A stretch of DNA of 64,000 nucleotides, from contig NC_042997.1 of the NCBI RefSeq assembly GCF_006345805.1, positions 186,682,001-186,746,000 of the forward strand. The letters are read 5' to 3'. Source of the DNA: Octopus sinensis (taxonomy: Eukaryota). Position 1 is the first letter of the stretch, and the number at the start of each line of letters is the position of its first letter. This document shows, one piece after another, positions 62,226-64,000 of the stretch. The notes beneath the pieces are model-generated. The model did not search any database and was not told the origin of the DNA. It saw nothing but the letters and a program-made list of their open reading frames with translations. The position numbers were made by a program, and so were the translations under genes.

Positions 62226-63492
62226 TTCAACTGTATTTTTTCTTTTTTTAAGATTTAATTCAACTTTTTTTTAACAAAATTAATTTTTTTTATTCAAAAA
62301 AAATTTTTATTTAAACACTACTTTTTTTTAGTTTTAGATCTTTTAGTTTTTCTTATTTAATTTTTTCAGAAAGAATCTGTGGAATAAATTCTTCCTTCAA
62401 TATAAAAATATTTTGGATATCAATTTATTACTCTATTTTTTTAACATTAAAATCTAAATTATTCTCTTTAAAAACTACAAATCCCTTCTTTTCAACATTG
62501 GTTGCAAATGCCATTTATTCAAATTATGATCAAAGAAATATTTCTCTTAAAATTTAAAAAAAATTTTTTTCTCTCATTTAAGGTCTTTGTGACCTTTTTA
62601 AACAGGCTGGGTCATGACAATCTAGACGCTAATCCTTAAATATAGACAACAAAGAAAATCATTATGAATAATTGATAATTACCATTTTAAAAAACTCAAA
62701 TTGCATTACTGAAATATAGACATAAAAATTCTGGATTTGGAAACTTGTTAAACATATTTATTAGACCCAATGGTTTTAAAATGGTTTATCTTGTGTCTGG
62801 GTCATCTTAACCTTTTGTACAACCAGAGCAGGTAGAATCAACATAAGGTTAATCAGAGATGGTGGAACCAAATCAGACGTCAGGCGATGTTGCGTTGAGA
62901 AGGGTCATTGTTCGGTTAAAGCATTGTGCGGATAGCAAACTTTAGCCACATGTCCTGGAGTAGATACTGCAATGCATCGAACAATTACTTTGGGATCCAA
63001 CCACATGTAACTGCTACAACATGAGAAGCATGAAATAAAGAGAAGATTAAATAAGCTTAGACTGTCATAAAACAGGATCCTTTGTCATAAAATTTTATTG
63101 AGTGGGTGCTAGAATGCCTGGCATTGTGCTGCACAGTGTCTTTTTTTCCCTCTCACACATGCATTTAGAAAGAAAAAAATTCAGTGTGGTTATAAAGCTT
63201 GAAAATTGGTATGCTGGCATGCTGGTAAAGCAGTACAGAAGAATATTTATAATTGGAACAAAATATAAAATCTATCGCATCTTTGCAAACATTGTAAGAT
63301 ATAAATTCAGATATAATCATTGGTAAGGCTGTGTGGTAAGAAGCATGCTTCCTAACTACATGGTTCTGAGTTCAGTCCTTGGGCAAGTGTCTTTTGCTAT
63401 AGCTTTGGGTCAACCGAAACCTTGAGAGTGAATTTGCTCGACAGAAAATGAAAGCTCATCGTAGATATATATAATTATATATATCTTCTCCT

Positions 63493-63529
<37 letters not shown>

Positions 63530-64000
63530 CACACACACATTTGACGTCTATATTTAGCATATTAAGAGTCCACCTTGGTGGTCATTCCTCTTAATTTTGT
63601 ATGTAATATAATTTTTAATCTTTGGATCTTTTAAATATGCTAAGCCACTGGTTTTAATTGATTAATATCAATTTCTACCCTCATTATTTAATTTATATAT
63701 GTATATATATATGTATACATATATGATGCAAATACTGCCACAGTGCACAGTGTAGTCCACTAGACATGTGAAATAATTTAGATAGATGGATGTTCATCTT
63801 CATTTTAAAACCCCTTTCTATATATACTTGGGTCACATAGTCTTATGAATGCATGTATATATACATGTATATATATGTATATAAAAAGTTTTTGGTAATA
63901 TACTGAGTAGTATATTGTTATGGAAGTAAAATACATATATTGTTACATTTAAGGAATTTTCAACAAAATTTTTTTTATTTTATTTCCTTGGAAATCTGAA

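Noticed and set aside
62811-63015. Strong minus-strand acceptor near 63013 and possible donors, as an upstream exon of the CUB-like gene
   Set aside because: Every frame hits stops before a phase-compatible donor, except a 25-nt version (xVTCGWIP) that I cannot support.

Overview
Eukaryotic, AT-rich DNA saturated with simple repeats, with one 100-N assembly gap. The SINE, LINE and Penelope repeat content is what I recognise from octopus (coleoid cephalopod) genomes; this is recognition, not a database result. Most of the window looks intronic or intergenic, and nearly all ORFs in the supplied track are microsatellite artefacts. Supported content: two copies of an L1/Tx1-clade LINE (5204-8265, 9293-12795), with all four ends lying in (GATA)n; R4/Dong-like, CR1, RTE, Tc1 and mariner relics; a non-autonomous Helitron; piggyBac-like MITEs; four SINE families, which I label S1-S4. 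At least seven copies of a ~190-bp non-coding Penelope-type repeat (H1) carry a minimal dimer-type hammerhead ribozyme fold with a CUGUNGA core instead of CUGANGA, and three other hammerhead-like motifs occur in different repeats. There are also three near-perfect fold-back palindromes, several SINE-derived minisatellites or multimers, and three candidate minus-strand exons (53790-53663, 53618-53505, 47934-47822) that splice in frame into a CUB-domain-like peptide.
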